A stretch of DNA of 64,000 bases, from IMG/VR virus record IMGVR_UViG_3300027841_000073, positions 9,713 to 73,712 of that record. One strand, given 5' to 3'. Made by a program: the position numbers and the translations under genes. The DNA is from a virus. Shown here one piece after another: positions 61,884-64,000 of this stretch. The notes under the pieces were generated by a model. It saw only the letters and a list, made by a program, of their open reading frames with translations. It had not been told where the DNA came from and ran no database searches. Every line of letters starts with the position of its first letter. The stretch's first letter is position 1.

Positions 61884-62110
61884 AATTTTCGGAAGTGTTA
61901 CAAGAATTAGAGATTAGACTACAAGACTCCGGTATTGCAGTTATAACTAAACTTGAATTTGAAGTTCTTAAAGATTTTAAGAGGAAAGTAGAGAGAATGG
62001 TCGAAGGTTGTGATGAAGCATTGGCTTTAATTCAATTAGATTTATTTTTATCGGGTGAAAGTAAACCTGTATCAGACTCTAAACTAAGACTTAAAAACGG
62101 GGATAAGTAA
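61880..62110 (+). CDS. Hypothetical protein
   Basis: GGAGGG SD before MKFSE. Confidence 0.65.
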   Translation: MKFSEVLQELEIRLQDSGIAVITKLEFEVLKDFKRKVERMVEGCDEALALIQLDLFLSGESKPVSDSKLRLKNGDK

Positions 62111-62112
62111 TC

Positions 62113-62433
62113 ATGCTAAGAATATCAATTATGGAAAAATTTATAGATATTAATAGTAAGGCTTATGTTCAAAGGCAATTAGCTGATTGGAGAAATGCAA
62201 TAGTTCGATTCGATAAACCAGTAAGAGTAATGGGTTTAAGTAGAGAAACCCTTTCAGCAATAATGGAAGCAATAAACGATTGGTTTGATCCTTTTTCAAA
62301 AATTGAAGATATAGAACGTGGAAAGGTAGGTTTGTTTCTTGGTGCAGAAGTACATACAAATGATTGCTATCCTTTTGGAGTAGTAGAAATGTCAACAGGT
62401 GCATTACATTTTCAAGTATTGGAGGGGTTATGA
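62113..62433 (+). CDS. Hypothetical protein
   Basis: Operonic ORF. Confidence 0.65.
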   Translation: MLRISIMEKFIDINSKAYVQRQLADWRNAIVRFDKPVRVMGLSRETLSAIMEAINDWFDPFSKIEDIERGKVGLFLGAEVHTNDCYPFGVVEMSTGALHFQVLEGL

Positions 62434-62612
62434 GAACTATACCTTTAGCAAATTTTGTTAAGAATACCATTGTTGACTTGAAAAAATTTGAAGTAGAATA
62501 TGCTCGAAAAAATGAAATTGATCCAGAAAATTATCCATTGGAAATACCAAAAAACAATTCAGGGTTATGGATGGAATTTTTCATTAATTACTTGGAATCA
62601 GGAGAGGTATGA
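62430..62612 (+). CDS. Hypothetical protein
   Basis: GGAGGGG SD before MRTIP. Confidence 0.65.
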   Translation: MRTIPLANFVKNTIVDLKKFEVEYARKNEIDPENYPLEIPKNNSGLWMEFFINYLESGEV

Positions 62613-63091
62613 AAATGGAATGTATGGAATGTAAGTATATGAAAGAATATGTAAGTAAAGAATTGGACAATCGAGAAGCAAATTCCAAAAATAAACGTTT
62701 TGTTTCATACGAAGAATATGGAAGGCTGTTAAATCAGCTTGTCGAAGATATTCCTAAAGGAAGGTTTGCGGGAATTTACACAATTCCGCGTGGTGGTTAT
62801 CCTGTTGCTACTCACTTGGCACACCATTTAGAAATACCTATTTTGTCTGAAATAGAGTTAAAAAAATATGACATAGAAAATGAAATCCTACTAGTGGATG
62901 ATATTATTCACAAGGGATTGACCATAAAAAGATTTCATAGAATCAAATATGTGGCAGTAGTATTTTTAAACCAGTATTATTACAGGTCAATTAGTTTAGA
63001 TGATCGTACTATTTACTCTGCTGAAACAGTATCATTGGATACTTGGGTTGTGTTTCCGTGGGAGAAACCAAACGAAGAGATAAACAGGTGA
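62609..63091 (+). CDS. Type I phosphoribosyltransferase (xanthine/hypoxanthine PRT-like)
   Basis: IPRGG...A..LA, LLVDDIIHKGLT, WVVFPWE. Confidence 0.85.
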   Translation: MKMECMECKYMKEYVSKELDNREANSKNKRFVSYEEYGRLLNQLVEDIPKGRFAGIYTIPRGGYPVATHLAHHLEIPILSEIELKKYDIENEILLVDDIIHKGLTIKRFHRIKYVAVVFLNQYYYRSISLDDRTIYSAETVSLDTWVVFPWEKPNEEINR

Positions 63092-63094
63092 TAA

Positions 63095-63325
63095 ATGAAT
63101 ATAAATACAAAGAAGAAATCATGTAAAGGGTGTAAAGTTGATAGAAAAGGTATAAAGGATGAACTTCCAAAAGAATGTGAATTAGGTTATAGAATAAAAT
63201 GGGTAGGTTCTATTGAACCTTATAGACACGAATCAATACCATATGAGCGTTGCCCAAAACCGTTGACAATTTCTGATTATTTGGAAGCATCTAAATGGTA
63301 TCGAAAATTCAAAATTAGAAAATAA
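63095..63325 (+). CDS. Small Cys-rich hypothetical protein
   Basis: CKGC, CELGY, CPKPLT. Confidence 0.7.
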   Translation: MNINTKKKSCKGCKVDRKGIKDELPKECELGYRIKWVGSIEPYRHESIPYERCPKPLTISDYLEASKWYRKFKIRK

Positions 63326-63349
63326 AAGTAACTAAAGAAGAGGTTAAAA

Positions 63350-63718
63350 ATGAAAATATACACAAGCTACTTTCACAATTTAAAGAAGCATCCCGAAATG
63401 CCTAACCCTTTTTCTATTTCAAACGGTAAGCCTGTATGGGCTAATGTTCCTACTTTAGACATACTTGTACCAAGGTATTCCTTAGTATGTGCATATAAAG
63501 AAGGGGATGTATCAAAGGCACAATATGAAACAGAGTATGTTTCAACTTTATATGAAAATGAAATAACACCATTGTATATTATTGACAAGTTGAAAGACTC
63601 TATTCCATGTACTTTACTTTGTTGGGAATCACCTGAAAAGTTTTGTCATAGGCACATAGTAGCTAAATTGCTAAGAATGGTTAAGGGTATTGAAGTAGAA
63701 GAATATACTTGTAAATAA
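63350..63718 (+). CDS. DUF488-like protein
   Basis: IYTSYF, LLCWE...FCHRHIVA. Confidence 0.8.
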   Translation: MKIYTSYFHNLKKHPEMPNPFSISNGKPVWANVPTLDILVPRYSLVCAYKEGDVSKAQYETEYVSTLYENEITPLYIIDKLKDSIPCTLLCWESPEKFCHRHIVAKLLRMVKGIEVEEYTCK

Positions 63719-63733
63719 TAAAGGTATAAAAAC

Positions 63734-63934
63734 ATGAGAAGAGAACTGATTGAAAAAGAATGTGATTTTTGTGGAAAAAAAGAAGAATATCAAACAAATC
63801 CTAAAATGGTATTTGGTAATTTTGGGGGAACACCATGCTTTAAAGATTGGGTAACTCTTAAAGAAACAAATCAAGGAGATAAACATTTCTGTTGTAGGGG
63901 TTGTCTTTGTAAATACATTGATCGAGAATGGTAG
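63734..63934 (+). CDS. Small zinc-binding hypothetical protein
   Basis: CDFCGK...HFCC..CL. Confidence 0.7.
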   Translation: MRRELIEKECDFCGKKEEYQTNPKMVFGNFGGTPCFKDWVTLKETNQGDKHFCCRGCLCKYIDREW

Positions 63935-63964
63935 TTAAAAATGAGTGGAGATAATAAAAATGAC

Positions 63965-64000
63965 ATGAAAAAGAAATATAATATAATATATGCTGATCCA
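63965..64000 (+). CDS. Start of a probable MT-A70-type DNA methyltransferase (runs off window)
   Basis: MKKKYNIIYADP matches the KY.IIYADPPW N-terminus; only 12 codons visible. Confidence 0.55.
   Translation, partial: MKKKYNIIYADP

Overview
A 64-kb, strongly AT-rich fragment of a large (probably jumbo) myophage genome, read in standard code 11. Left part (1-41.9 kb, minus strand) is a late/virion region: baseplate-hub-like gene, two tail-tube-fold genes, a 1178-aa tail sheath with nested insertions, an 1884-aa SNF2 helicase, neck/head-completion candidates and decoration-like paralogues. Right part (42-64 kb, mostly plus strand) holds nucleotide-metabolism and accessory genes: RuvC-like resolvase, class II RNR with an intein, thymidylate synthase between two HNH endonucleases, pyruvoyl arginine decarboxylase, MepA-like peptidase, PRTase, tRNA-Ile2(CAT) and tRNA-Leu(TAA). 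The main discovery is a ~15-20 aa peptide tag, M(F)KITxxEKx[LFY]ILxRR-x(2-5)-[AS]. It occurs 26 times in 24 otherwise mostly unrelated ORFs between 14.0 and 39.4 kb (18 N-terminal, 5 internal, 1 C-terminal). The tagged cargo includes ADP-ribosyltransferase-like, GNAT, kinase-like, ParB/Srx-like, Cys-protease-like and AAA+ domains. I infer a modular capsid-loading signal with a protease-cleavage site for injected effectors; this is untested. Other signals: a candidate late promoter (GTATATGTATTT), two paralogues with in-frame continuation past a TAA, two unannotated structured RNAs, a clustered 11-mer near a HUH-like gene, and an HNH insertion associated with a duplicated thyA 5' end. All family calls come from motif recognition by eye; no searches were run.
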